Positions 1-13,137 of a stretch of 64,000 nucleotides of DNA are shown one piece after another. The notes under the pieces were generated by a model. That model saw nothing but the letters and a program-made list of their open reading frames with translations. It did not search any database and was not told the origin of the DNA. Position 1 is the stretch's first letter. Every line of letters starts with the position of its first letter. This stretch comes from Macrostomum lignano. Its lineage: Eukaryota. The stretch is taken from contig NIVC01000479.1 of NCBI GenBank assembly GCA_002269645.1, positions 260,795 to 324,794 on the forward strand. Direction: 5' to 3'. The position numbers and the translations under genes are program-made.

Positions 1-432
1 GTAGGGTTAGTCTTGAAGCGTGTGTACATTCAAAAGGGGTAAGGTTAGTCTTGAAGCGTGTGTTCATTCAAGAGGGGGTAGGTTTAGTTTTGAAGCGTGT
101 GTACATTCAAGAGGGGGTAGGTTTAGTTTTGAAGCGTGTGTACATTCAAGAGGGGTACGGTTAGTCTTGAAGCGTGTGTACATTCAAGAGGGGTAGGGTT
201 AGTTTTGAAGCGTGTGTACATTCAAGAGGGGATAGGGTTAGTTTTGAAGCGTGTGTACATTCAAGAGGGGTAGGGTTAGTCTTGAAGCGTGTGTACATTC
301 AAAAGGGGGTAGGTTTAGTTTTGAAGCGTGTGTACAATCAAGAGGGGGTAGGGTTAGTTTTGAAGCGTGTGTACGTTCAAGAGGGGCAGGGGTTAATCAC
401 GAAGCGTGTGTAGGGGTAGGGGTTAGTCTTTT
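1..432. repeat. Minisatellite, about 39-bp unit (GTAGGGTTAGTYTTGAAGCGTGTGTACATTCAAGAGGGG)
   Basis: Direct tandem copies. Confidence 0.9.
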
Positions 433-620
433 GAAGTCTTGGTGAGGTCGGCCTATTCAAGACGGTTTATGATCTTAAAGCGTAATTTAGTCTGTACGTA
501 CAATAACTTAGGTTGTAAATTCATACATTCACGGCTAGCACAGTCCTCAACTGTGCGTACTTTCAATAAGGGTATAGCGTGTATCGAACTAGAAGATATA
601 AATCTATGAGACGTACACAC

Positions 621-3600
621 CTCTGAATCCCAGGGCCCGGCGCGCCACACCGGACACACGTGGCTACCGCATCGTTCAGACATTGGCGGCTTATCTCCGA
701 GCAGTTTCAAGCAGGAATCGTCGGGCACAACAGAATAGGAGCTGCTGCGAAGCTGCTCACAGTGCACAGTTCGAGTTCTCTGCCCGTCGCCGCCGCATGG
801 CACCGAGCATGAAGTCCAGGGCCCCGTCATCCACAGCAGAGCGTCCCGATTCGGAGAGTCTAGTTGAGCCTGGGGCCTGCCAGAGGCCGAGTTTGAGTTC
901 GGCTGCATCAGCAGCATCATTCGCGGCAGGTAGGCCTGCACGTAGGCTTCGTAAGCTGAGTGCGAGTGAAGGCTCAGGGTGGTGTTCACATTGCCGGCTG
1001 ACACCTGTTGGAGGAGGATGTTAAATCGGCTTGGTACCATTGTCTTTTTGAGGCTGAGCACCATGGTGTGATTGAGGCTGAGCACCAAAGTGTGATTGAG
1101 GCTGAGCACCAAAGTTTGATTGAGGCTGAGCACCATGGTGTGACTAAGGCTGAGCATCATGGTGTGATTGAGGCTGAGCACCATGGTGTGATTGAGGCTG
1201 AGCACCAAAGTGTGATTGAGGCTGAGCACCATGGTGTGACTAAGGCTGAGCATCATGGTGTGATTGAGGCTGAGCATCATGGTGTGTGATTGAGGCTTGA
1301 GGTCTTTAGCACTAGGGGCTTTAGCACCAGGGACTTTAGCACTAGGGGCTCATTTGCTCAACAGTCGTGCTGTAAGTCACCTGGTAAACTCCGCTGTCCT
1401 TCGGTCGAAACCGCGTGATGATCAAGTCGCCATCGATCTGGCAGATTCGGCTGCGGCACTGGGCGAAACTTTTGACCGCCGTGAAATTTCTGACCGCATC
1501 TCGTCGGCCACTCAGGCGTTGCCAGCCGAGCTTGGCCGGCTTGAAATTCGCCACCGGACAGTGCAGCCGGACTCGAGTGCCCGGTATCACCGTGGCCGAC
1601 TGGCCGCATTTGACTTGCAGACTCTCTCGACGCTCCATCTGGACTAGGATGCTGGAGGCGGCCAGCTGGAACTGCGGCTCCTTAGCGGCGGCGGAAGCGT
1701 TGATGCACTTGATGCGGTACTGGCGCAGCGTCTCAACGTCCACCTGGCATTTGGAGAACGGCGGCGGGCGCGGCAGACTGCGACAGTTGCTCGAGCTGAC
1801 GCGAACCGTAGTGTTGCTGCGAGTTCTCAAGTCGCCAGTGAGTTGCACGCACTCTGGACTGTTTCTGGTCAGGCCGGTCTCGTTGCACAGCCGCTGCTCC
1901 GAGCTGCTGCCAGGGGCTGAGAAGTGCGGCCGGCACTGCGGGGAGCCGCCGGTTTTGTATTTTTGATGCGCACGGATTCTGTTGTCACTTTGTGAACAGT
2001 GTGTTGCTGCCCTAGCCTAATTAGGACTAGGGCACCTGTAGCGTCGTCTAATTAGGACTAGGGCACATGTAGCGTCGTCTAATTAGGACTAGGGCACCTG
2101 TAGCGTCGTCTAATTAGGACTAGGGCACCTGTAGCGTCGTCTAATTAGGACTAGGGCACCTGTAGCATTGTCTAATTAGGGCTAGGGCACCTGTAGCGTC
2201 GTCTAATTAGGACTAGGGCACCTGTAGCGTCGTCTAATTAGGACTAGGGCACCTGAAACGTTGCCAAATTAGGGCTAGTGCACCTGTAACGTTGCCTAAT
2301 TAGAGCTAGGGCACCTGTAGCATTGTCTAATTGGGGCTAGGGCACCTGTAGCATTGTCTAATTAGGGCTAGGGCACCTAGGCTGTAGCGTCGCCTAATTA
2401 GGGCTGGGGCACCTTTAGCGTCGCCTAATTAGGGCTGGGGCACCTTTAGCGTCGCCTAATTAGGGCTGTGGCACCTGTAAAGTCATCTAATTAGGGCTAG
2501 GGCACCTTTAGATTTTGCATGTTTTACGGCGAAGGTCCGAAATAGCGCCTAATTCTAAATAGAGCGTGTCTAAAAATGTTACCTTACCAAAGAAGAGGCA
2601 CGAGAAAATGTCGCATAATAAACGATGGTATATCCTTAAAAGTACACCCAGCACGAATTAACAAAGACAAATCATGAACAAACCTTGCCAGGTGAAACCC
2701 GGTAATATGGCGGGCATCTGGGCTCCATCAAGCAGTATTCCCTCAAGTGTGGCTTCTCGTCCAGGTGAGAGCATTGGCCCTGCCGCAGGTGGTAGCTGGG
2801 ACCTTCAGGCGAGTCAACAAGCTGGTAGCATTTCACGGGGCGTTCCTGGTATGCGGTTCGAAGCAAAGGAAACTCAAAACTTATTGAGGCCATAAGAGTA
2901 TATGAAAACTTGACAAAGGCCAAAAAAAGCCAAAGAAAACTTAATTGAGGCCATAAAAGCCAAAAAAACTTGATTGAGGCCATAAAAACCAAAGAAAACT
3001 TGATTGAGGCCATAAAAGCTAAACCAAAACTTGATTGAAGCCATAAAAGCCAAATCAAACTTGATTGAAGCCATAAAAGCCAAATCAAACTTGATTGAAG
3101 CCATAAAAGCTAAATCAAACTTGATTGAAGCCATAAAAGCCAAATCAAACTTGATTGAGGCCATAAAAGCCAAATCAAACTTGATTGAGGCCATAAAAGC
3201 CAAATCAAACTTGATTGAAGCCACATAGTTGATACACTCGTATAAAAGCCAGTTTGGCAAACAGTGAGACAGAATGCACACACGCTCTTGTAACTGCAGA
3301 AAACAGAACATTAGATTGCTGTGCCGCAAGGTAAACCTTTCTTGATACTAATAGATGTTGCCTATTCATTTAATACCTGTCTCTCCCCAAGGATGATTGA
3401 TTTTTGCCCTTCATTTTGGATTTTGATTGACAATCAGTGCCCAGCCGTGCTACGAGGCCAATGTATATACAATTCATTTCTTATTTGGATAGGGCTATCA
3501 GGTAGCGTTCTCTCAGGATTCTGATTCCTTTTAATTGGAGTTTTCGAAACTTGGCTTCCTTTTACTTTCGAAGATAGCATGCAATAGGGTATAGCAACAG

Positions 3601-6600
3601 CATATTAGCAGCATAGTAACAACATTGCAACAGCTTTGAAATAGCCTTGCAACAGCCTAGCAAGAGCCTTGCAAAAGAAAAGCAACAGCATGGCAACAGC
3701 ACAGAAAAATCATAGCAACAGCATAGTAACAGCATAGCTACAGCCTTGCAACAGCATAGCAACAGCATAGTAACAGCATAGCAACAGCATAGCTACAGCC
3801 TTGCAACAGCATAGCAACAGCATAGCAACAGCATAGCTACAGCCTTGCAACAGCATAGCAACAGCATAGCAACAGCATAGCAACAGCATAGCAACAGCAT
3901 AGCAACAGCATAGCAACAGCATAGCAACAGCATAGCAACAGCATAGCAACAGCATAGCAACAGCATAGCAACAGCATAGCAACAGCATAGCAACATCATA
4001 GCAACAGCATAGCAACAGCATAGCAACAGCATAGCAACAGCATAGCAACAGCATAGCAACAGCATAGCAACAGCATAGCAACGGCATAGCAACAGCATAG
4101 CAACAGCATAGCAACAGCATAGCAACAGCATAGCAACAGCATAGCAACAGCATAGTAACGCTATGTTCTCACCATTTCGCCGAGTCCGCACGGCCTGGAG
4201 CAGGGGCCCCAGGGTCCGGCTTTCCAAACTGGGCCGACGCACCCTTCAAACTGGTAGCATGGCAACCCCAGTTCCGGTCGGGCCTTCCGACTTTCGCATC
4301 GCTGAGTCTGGTCAGCCACTTGACCGGTCTTGGTGTCAACGCATCTAGCTGGCACCGAGAGTGAGCCTGCGGGTGCGTGCGGGCGATGAATGTAAAATCT
4401 GTAGTAAAAACATTAGCTGAAGTTTTTTTACTGATTCACACAATTAATTATTGGTAATTATTGATTGGTAACACAATAGTGGCCAATTCATATCTAACAG
4501 GTAACACAATCATGACCAATTCATATCTAACAGGTAACACAATCATGGCCAATTCATATCTAACAGGCAACACAATCATGGCCAAGTCATATCTAACAGG
4601 TAACACAATCATGACCAATTCATATCTAACAGGTAACACAATCATGGCCAATTCATATCTAACAGGTAACACAATCATGACCAATTCATATCTAACAGGT
4701 AACGCAATCATGGCCAAGTCATGTCTAACAGGTAACACATCACACGCAACACCTTGACAAGCACACTCACCGATTTGATTGCACCTGGCCGAGCACCTGA
4801 CGTCTCCGGCGAAGTCGAAGCGCCACCTGTACTGACTGGTCAGCGAAGCCGGTGTGCAGCTGACTGGCGGGGGACACTCCACAGACCGGATGCTCGGCAG
4901 TGGGATCGCTGAAACAGGTTCAACAGGCGCATGTACAGGTGAAGGTCTCCCAGTGAATTCAGGGTGACTCGAGAATCTGGATTAGGGATCTGCGATTGGG
5001 AATCTGGGATTGGGGATCTGGGATTGGGGATCTGGGATTGGGGATCTGGGATAGGTGATCTGGGATTAGGGATTTGGCTTCGTGGATCTGGGATTGGAGC
5101 ACTGAGATTAGGGATCTGGGATTGGAGCACTGAGATTAGGGATCTGGGATTGGGGATCTGGGATTAAGGATTTGGCTTCGTGGATCTGGGATTGGAGCAC
5201 TGAGATTAGGGATCTGGGATCGAGGATCTGGGATTGGGGATCTGGGATTGAGGATCTGGGATCGGGGATCTGGGATTGGGGATCTGGGATCGGGGATCTG
5301 GGATTGGGGATCTGGGATCGGGGATCTGGGATTGGGGATCTGGGATCGGGGATCTGGAATTAGGGATTTGGCTTCGTGGATCTGGGATTGGAGCACTGAG
5401 ATTAGGGATCTGGGATCGAGGATCTGGGATTAGGGATCTGGGATCGGGGACCTGGGATTGGGGATCTGGGATCGGGGATCTGGGATCGGAATTAGAGATC
5501 ACGAATCAGGTGTTCGAAATTGAAGAAATCGAATACCAGGGATCAGGGATCAGAGATCATGAATAATGAGATTGGAACTTAGGATTAGACTACAGGGATC
5601 AGAGCGGTATAAAGTGGGCCAGCAATCTAATTATAGTAACAGCAGTAGACATAAACAAGAGACATGGATGTACACAAGAGTGCACTGTAACATTTGATGT
5701 CGGCATGGGGGTTGGGTGTCTGGGAGGCGATCCAATCACTCATTAATCATGGGTGCGGCAGGGCATGGTGGTATCCATGCTCAGCTGAACCTCAGAGAGG
5801 CAGCAGACAGCTGAGCAGCTGAGCTCCCCTCTCTTTGTATTTGTCTGTAGTGGGCGGAGGAAACTGGGATCCATTAGTCTTATTTTTGGGTGAAGAATTA
5901 GCGCAAAATTTTCAAACGGGGAGCCCCATGGGATATGATTTATTATTTTTCATACTGTGAAGGCAAAATTTATGAGCGCCTGTTTTTAATAATGTTGCTA
6001 TAATGTTGGATCAGGGATCGGGATCAGGGATCGGGATCAGGGATCGGGATCAGGGATCGGGATCAGGGATCGGGATCAGGGATCGGGATCAGGGATCGGG
6101 ATCAGGGATCGGGATCAGGGATCGGGATCAGGGATCGGGATCAGGGATCGGGATCAGGGATCGGGATCAGGGATCGGGATCAGGGATCGGGATCAGGGAT
6201 CGGGATCAGGGATCGGGATCAGGGATCGGGATCAGGGATCGGGATCAGGGATCGGGATCAGGGATCGGGATCAGGGATCGGGATCAGGGATCGGGATCAG
6301 GGATCGGGATCAGGGATCAGGGATTGTGCAGCTCACCTGAGCACCTGTCATCAGGCAGTCTCCCCTCGTCAGACTTGGCAGCGTAGAGCTTTGGCGACGT
6401 GCCAGACAGAGCCACCAGACCGGCAGAGCCCCCAGCATAGCAACCAAACGTGAGATTCCGCAGACCGGGTGCCTCGTCCCGGCAACGAGCGCTACATTCG
6501 CCAACCGAATTGATGGCCCACCTATAGTTTATTTGGTAAAAAAATTAGCATAACCTTTTGGCTTTTTTATACATGGCAGTAAATACGACCTGCAGTCTTT

Positions 6601-7584
6601 ACTGAGTGATGAAGAGAGGAAAAGGAAATTTTTGGCGCTATTCTTTAGCCTGTCTGCTGGCTGAAAGGATAAACTGCTTGCTTACATTTTATTACGGCTC
6701 GAATTGTCGAAAGAATTTTTTTACGATCGCTTTGTAAAACTACTTAGATGACGAAGCACTAGCTGCTAAAAACTATATAGATAGTTACTCCGCCTGATTA
6801 CTCACTGAATAAAGAACTGCCAGCGCTACTTAGATGACGAAGCTATTTATACTTTAAATTAAGAGTATAGTTACTCCGGCTGTTTACTTGTAGTCCAGAA
6901 TTTTTAGTCCTTATCTCCCAAGAGAAATTATGAACATTTCTTTTCATTTTTTGCACCGTTTTCTAAGAACACTGGACCATCACGGAAGATTAACAAAAAC
7001 TTGGGTCAGCTGAATTGGAGGTTTTAATTAAAAGCGAGAGTCTGAACTTGGTTTCGGTGAAATTCCAATTAGTACCGCTGCACTTTTAACTAGGAATAAT
7101 GGCTGAATCTCTAACCGTATTGAAGCACAGGATTCCTAATCATTGCTACGCACCAAGGGGCGCCAGCACTAAGGGGCTTTAGCACCAAGGGGCGCCAGCA
7201 CGAGTTTTGTCTATGGTCAAAGCAAAGTTCACGCTATGCAGAAAAAGCGATTAAGAAGCCGTCCTCAATCCGGATATTTTACCGGTCTAGAAATCCATGG
7301 AATTCAACCTTGCGCCGCATGTACTTTAAGCGAGTTAGCGAATCCCCCATTGAGCTGCTGGGGATGCAGTAAAACTAGTTCTCTTAATCCCTAATCCAAT
7401 CTCTCAATTTATAATAGACACCGTCAGAAGCTGGGCCATTAATGAGTGCCTGAGATCTGAGAGTGGGTTCTAAAGGAAAGAGGATTAATAGCGTGTTATA
7501 AAGGTAAGCCAGAATTAATCAGCACCAGAGGCTGCTGCACTCACCGGTTAGCCGACTCCGATGCGGTTGTTATGCAGGCGGCAC
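621..7584 (-). CDS. ADAMTS-like protein (ADAMTSL1/3, punctin/MADD-4 type: several TSP1 repeats plus an Ig domain), partial; continues beyond the window start and its 5' exons were not found
   Basis: Phase-compatible GT-AG exons: 7545-7584, 6337-6521, 4771-4908, 4173-4366, 2684-2845, 1381-1935, 621-1004. The joined translation has TSP1 motifs (RWAINSVGECSARC; RCSARCNQIG; WKAGPWGPCSRPCGLG; WMTGPWTSCSVPCGGDGQRTRTVHC; WRAGPWDSE) and an Ig domain (VRLHCPV...LGWQR...DGDLII...DSGVYQ). Confidence 0.85.
1047..1290. repeat. Minisatellite, 24-bp unit (TTGAGGCTGAGCACCATGGTGTGA), intronic
   Basis: About 10 tandem copies. Confidence 0.9.
2010..2510. repeat. Minisatellite, 31-bp unit (TAATTAGGACTAGGGCACCTGTAGCGTCGTC), intronic
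   Basis: Tandem copies. Confidence 0.9.
2880..3225. repeat. Minisatellite, 30-bp unit (AAACTTGATTGAAGCCATAAAAGCCAAATC), intronic
   Basis: Tandem copies. Confidence 0.9.
3585..4160. repeat. Minisatellite, 11-bp unit (CATAGCAACAG), intronic
   Basis: Tandem copies. Confidence 0.9.
4465..4740. repeat. Minisatellite, 33-bp unit (CAGGTAACACAATCATGGCCAATTCATATCTAA), intronic
   Basis: About 8 tandem copies. Confidence 0.9.
4975..5560. repeat. Degenerate GGGATCTGGGATT(G) array, intronic
   Basis: Variable 13-14-bp units. Confidence 0.9.
6010..6322. repeat. Perfect 13-bp array (GGGATCGGGATCA), intronic
   Basis: Near-perfect tandem copies. Confidence 0.95.
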
Positions 7585-7829
7585 CTGCCAATAAAACGGC
7601 CACCAGGTGCACGTACTGAATCATTAATTTGAATTGGCAATCCTGGCCCACCTCAGGAGCTGGCTTTTGGCTTTTAACGCTTGAGGTGCAGGTCAGTTTT
7701 TATTGAGGCTCGGAGCGCTGGAAAAAACGGCATTAGGAAGTTACCAGTTCGTCATATAAAACAGTTCTGGCTTCCCCAAATTGGAACAATTAAATAAAGT
7801 ACATTTTGAGCCTCATTTTCTGGGGACTA

Positions 7830-8480
7830 GGGAGCCTAATTGCCTAATCCTTCTCAGATGGAAGTTTTGACTTCAAAGTCCCCCTAATTTTTTAATCCTT
7901 CCCGGATGGAAGTTGTGAATTAAAAGTCGCCTAATTTTCTAATCCTTCCCGCGCGTCCCGGATGGAAGCTGTGGATTCAAATTCGCCTAATTGTCTAATC
8001 CTTTCTGGATGGAAGTTGTGAATTCGAGGTCCCCTAATTGCCTAATCCTTCTCGAATGGAAGTTGTGAATTCGATGTCCCCTAATTGTCTAATCCTTTCC
8101 GGATGGAATTTGTGAATTCGAGGTCCCCTAATTGCCTAATCCTTCTCGAATGGAAGTTGTGAATTCGAGGTCCCCTAATTGCCTAATCCTTCTCGAATGG
8201 AAGTTGTGAATTCGATGTCCCCTAATTGCCTAATCCTTCTCGAATGGAAGTTGTGAATTCGAGGTCCCCTAATTGCCTAATCCTTCTCGAATGGAAGTTG
8301 TGAATTCGATGTCCCCTAATTGCCTAATCCTTCTCGGATGGAAGTTGTGAATTCGATGTCCCCTAATTGCCTAATCCTTCTCGGATGGAAGTTGTGAATT
8401 CGATGTCCCCTAATTGTCTAATCCATGATCCATCCCGGATGGAAGCTGTGAATTCAAAGTCCCCCTAATTGTCTAATCTA
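7830..8480. repeat. Minisatellite, 47-bp unit (CCCCTAATTGCCTAATCCTTCTCGAATGGAAGTTGTGAATTCGAGGT)
   Basis: Tandem copies. Confidence 0.9.
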
Positions 8481-9632
8481 ATCAAACTTTTTGCAGATGA
8501 GACACATCAGACGGCGTGATGTGTCTAGAAATGTCAGGCAGGCGATCGGCTGGTTAATAAACATACAGGTTGAAAGCAATAGTTTCACTGATAGCCTCGC
8601 GAAAATCCAGCCTGTGTTCGTCAGGACTCTCGTATCGAAGCAGCCTCTCTATCCGGCCCTCGAGTCCTTTGAAACTTCACAATAGCAATCAGCCAAGCTC
8701 AAGGCTTCTCTTCTCTCCTCTCTTTAATCTAACTTTCTGTATGCTCAAGACCGATAGGAGAAACTAAATTTTCACCTTGAGTTGTTTACGGATGAATGAA
8801 CCGATTTTTTTGTACCCCGTGACCGAATTGCTGCTTAATTTATTTCCATTTTTAAGAAAAACTAATTCTCACACGCAGTTGTTGCAGATTTTGCAAGCAA
8901 TGCAAGAGAAAACATAGCCTAAGGCAAAATTAGTGAGCGTGTGATTGTGGGAAAAAGACCCTGCTGAACCAGAGGCTACCCGCTGATCTGAAGTACCAAC
9001 GCTCTGCAGAGATGCAGAGAGAACGCTCAATTACCCTGCTGTAGCCAAGTATAGCCATAAGAAGTCCTACATAGAAAGACCTAGAGCACTGGTCTGCATT
9101 GCACGTGAAATAATGCCACGTTTTATAAGTAAAGTACATCCAAACTCACGCCTTTTATGGGCTACGTTGGTAAACCCGCAAACTTTGAAGATTTGTAATG
9201 AGATCAGTGTTTTTGATAAGCACAAGGATTCAATCGTGTCTGATGTCTGTCCGTCTGTCCGTCTGTCTGTCTGTCTGTCTGGTCTCCGCCCTTGCCGTGT
9301 GTCTGTCTGTCTGTTATAGAGGCTCGAAGGGGGTGGCTGGGAGCCCCTCCTATTAAACCGTTCTGCTGGGAAAACAGGAGGAAAGGGGGTGGAAGAGAGA
9401 GCTGGGGCTCAGTTTTTTGTCCAATAAGCACCTCGATAGTTCTCATTGGCTGGAGAAAGGCTATTTTGGTAAACAGTAAGGGAACGAACCAACCCACGAA
9501 CCCTGACAGACGTACGTACGTCTAACTAATCCATGATTACTATGTTGCATTGTGTCGGTGTGAACCATTGGACAAAACTGAAAGCAGAGATGCAATGGCG
9601 AGATGGCCGCTGGGAAAGGATTCAGTCTTTTT

Positions 9633-11600
9633 AGGACTACAGAGGGGGCGCCATCTACAGAGGGGCGCCAGCTACAGAGGGGGCGCCATCTACAGAGGGG
9701 CGCCAGCTACAGAGGGGGCGCCATCTACAGAGGGGCGCCAGCTACAGAGGGGGCGCCATCTACAGAGGGGCGCCAGCTACAGAGGGGGCGCCAGCTACAG
9801 AGGGGCGCCAGCTACAGAGGGGGCGCCATCTACAGAGGGGCGCCAGCTACAGAGGGGGCGCCATCTACAGAGGGGTGCCAGCTACAGAGGGGGCGCCATC
9901 TACAGAGGGGCGCCAGCTACAGAGGGGCGCCAGCTACAGAGGGGCGCCAGCTACAGAGGGGCGCCAGCTACAGAGGGGCGCCAGCTACAGAGGGGCGCCA
10001 GCTACAGAGGGGGCGCCATCTACAGAGGGGGCGCCAGCTACAGAGGGGCGCCAGCTACAGAGGGGCGCCAGCTACAGAGGGGCGCCAGCTACAGAGGGGC
10101 GCCAGCTACAGAGGGGCGCCAGCTACAGAGGGGCGCCAGCTACAGAGGGGCGCCAGCTACAGAGGGGCGCCATCTACAGAGGGGCGCCAGCTACAGAGGG
10201 GCGCCAGCTACAGAGGGGGCGCCATCTACAGAGGGGCGCCAGCTACAGAGGGGCGCCAGCTACAGAGGGGCGCCAGCTACAGAGGGGGCGCCAGCTACAG
10301 AGGGGCGCCAGCTACAGAGGGGCGCCAGCTACAGAGGGGGCGCCATCTACAGAGGGGTGCCAGCTACAGAGGGGGCGCCATCTACAGAGGGGCGCCAGCT
10401 ACAGAGGGGCGCCAGCTACAGAGGGGGCGCCAGCTACAGAGGGGCGCCAGCTACAGAGGGGCGCCAGCTACAGAGGGGCGCCAGCTACAGAGGGGGCGCC
10501 ATCTACAGAGGGGGCGCCAGCTACAGAGGGGCGCCAGCTACAGAGGGGCGCCAGCTACAGAGGGGCGCCAGCTACAGAGGGGCGCCAGCTACAGAGGGGC
10601 GCCAGCTACAGAGGGGCGCCAGCTACAGAGGGGCGCCAGCTACAGAGGGGGCGCCATCTACAGAGGGGCGCCAGCTACAGAGGGGCGCCAGCTACAGAGG
10701 GGGCGCCATCTACAGAGGGGCGCCAGCTACAGAGGGGCGCCAGCTACAGAGGGGCGCCAGCTACAGAGGGGGCGCCAGCTACAGAGGGGCGCCAGCTACA
10801 GAGGGGCGCCAGCTACAGAGGGGCGCCAGCTACAGAGGGGGCGCCATCTACAGAGGGGCGCCAGCTACAGAGGGGGCGCCATCTACGGAAGGGCGCCAGC
10901 TAGAGGGAAAGCTCCAGCTACAGAGGGGGCGCCATCTACAGAGGGGCGCCAGCTACAGAGGGGGCGCCAGCTACAGAGGGGGCGCCATCTACAGAGGGGC
11001 GCCAGCTACAGAGGGGCGCCATCTACAGATAGGCGCCAGCTACAGAGGGGCGCCAGCTACAGAGGGGCGCCATCTACAGATAGGCGCCAGCTACAGAGGG
11101 GCGCCAGCTACAGAGGGGCGCCAGCTACAGAGGGGCGCCAGCTACAGAGGGGGCGCCATCTACAGAGGGGCGCCAGCTACAGAGGGGGCGCCATCTACGG
11201 AAGGGCGCCAGCTAGAGGGAAAGCTCCAGCTACAGAGGGGGCGCCATCTACGGAAGGGCGCCAGCTAGAGGGAAAGCTCCAGCTACAGAGGGGGCGCCAT
11301 CTACAGAGGGGCGCCAGCTACAGAGGGGGCGCCATCTACAGAGGGGCGCCAGCTACAGAGGGGGCGCCAGCTACAGAGGGGGCGCCATCTACAGAGGGGC
11401 GCCAGCTACAGAGGGGCGCCATCTACAGATAGGCGCCAGCTACAGAGGGGCGCCAGCTACAGAGGGGCGCCATCTACAGATAGGCGCCAGCTACAGAGGG
11501 GCGCCAGCTACAGAGGGGCGCCAGCTACAGAGGGGCGCCAGCTACAGAGGGGCGCCAGCTACAGAGGGGCGCCAACTACAGAGGGGCGCCAGCTACAGAG
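9633..11600. repeat. GC-rich 17/18-bp composite minisatellite (CTACAGAGGGG(G)CGCCA(G/T)), about 2 kb
   Basis: Tandem copies; source of the spurious 342-609 aa ORFs. Confidence 0.95.
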
Positions 11601-12149
11601 AAGTCTAAACAATGGTTTGGTAAAATAGTAGATTAGTAGACAACCAAAGCAGGCGGTATTCACACACTTTTGCAATTGCAACTCGTGGGAAGGTACATGT
11701 AGAATAGGCAGTAAGAACTTTAGGTCATGCATGCATGTAAAATGACGCAGCATTTTCCAACAGAACCTGACAAAAAACTCCGCCACAAAAAGCAGCAATT
11801 CTAAGCAATTAGCGATTGCAAGAACTCTTTAAGTAAACTGGAACTTGTAGAGAGTCTACTATTTAGCATAAGCGCTCCGCCTGTCTGGGTGCAGCTCGAA
11901 AGCGAGTCAAAGGCAGCGTTGTAATTCTCTCACTCCGCTCTGCGAATTTTGCATTGCGGGCTGTACTTTTGGTTTTATCTGTGTAAAAAACTTTTTTAAT
12001 CATTTTTCAATAAATACTACTTGATAAATGGCTGGACTGCAGTAGAAAGTAAAGAAACAGCTGAGTAAAATCTATCCACATTTTTATCAAAAACTACAAT
12101 CCATGGCTAAAAAATTCCATGTACAAAAATATGTATCGCTTACAGCTGC

Positions 12150-12630
12150 CTGTACAAGAATCTGTATAGTTTCCAGCTGCCTGTACAAGAATCTGTATAG
12201 CTTCCAGCTACCTGTACAAGAATCTGTACAGTTTCTAGCTACCTGTACAAGAATCGGTATAGCTTCCAGCTACTTGTACAAGAATCTGTATAGCTTCCAG
12301 CTACCTGTACAAGAATCTGTATAGCTTCCAGCTACATGTACAAGAATCTGTATAGCTTCCAGCTACATGTACAAGAATCTGTATAGCTTCCAGCTACATG
12401 TACAAGAATCTGTATAGCTTCCAGCTACCTGTACAAGAATCTGTATAGCTTCCAGCTACATGTACAAGAATCTGTATAGCTTCCAGCTAGCTGTACAAGA
12501 ATCTGTATAGCTTCCAGCTACCTGTACAAGAATCCGTATAGCTTCCAGCTAGCTGTACAAGAATCTGTATAGCTTCCAGCTAGCTGTACAAGAATCTGTA
12601 TAGCTTCCAGCTACCTGTACAAGAATCTTC
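12150..12630. repeat. Minisatellite, 31-bp unit (TGTACAAGAATCTGTATAGCTTCCAGCTACC)
   Basis: Tandem copies. Confidence 0.9.
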
Positions 12631-13137
12631 TGTGTACAGCACAGAAAAATCAAGAATTGGATCAGTATAAAATGACAAAGCTGCTACATGTACATTAGCC
12701 TTTTAAACCACCCGGAAGGCAACCTCCCGGATCAGTTTAGCAATGATTAATTCTGACGAGTCTGAAAGGTTTCTCAGCCAGCCAACTAGTAAAGGGTGGA
12801 AAAATGACTAAATATAGAATTCGAACTACTCGGAGGCATGAGCACAGCAGTTTGCACCAATGATGCTATCTTAGATTAAAAAAAGCATATAAAACTTTTT
12901 TATTTTATCAACTGTAGTCCTTCCTTGAGTCAGTGAACTGGCCTGTGCACACAAGCTCGAAGCGGCCAATATTAAATATTCTATTTTTAGACACAACACT
13001 TGGTACTCAATTCAAATCAGAATGCACATCATTATTTGAGACTCGGTCTATTTAAACAGCAGAACCCTCTCGCAGTTGCTCAGGTAAATTTAGAAACAAA
13101 ATTAATTCGTTCTATCGCCATATTTACTAGACAGACA

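Noticed and set aside
8570-8690. Candidate further minus-strand exon (GLEGRIERLLRYESPDEHRLDFREAISETIAFN)
   Set aside because: It looks coding-like, but its phase-2 donor does not match the phase-1 acceptor at 7584 and no motif was recognised; left unassigned.
9550-11432. 342-609 aa ORFs (RGAPATEG repeats)
   Set aside because: All three frames are open only because the 17/18-bp unit lacks stops on this strand; no unique coding context.
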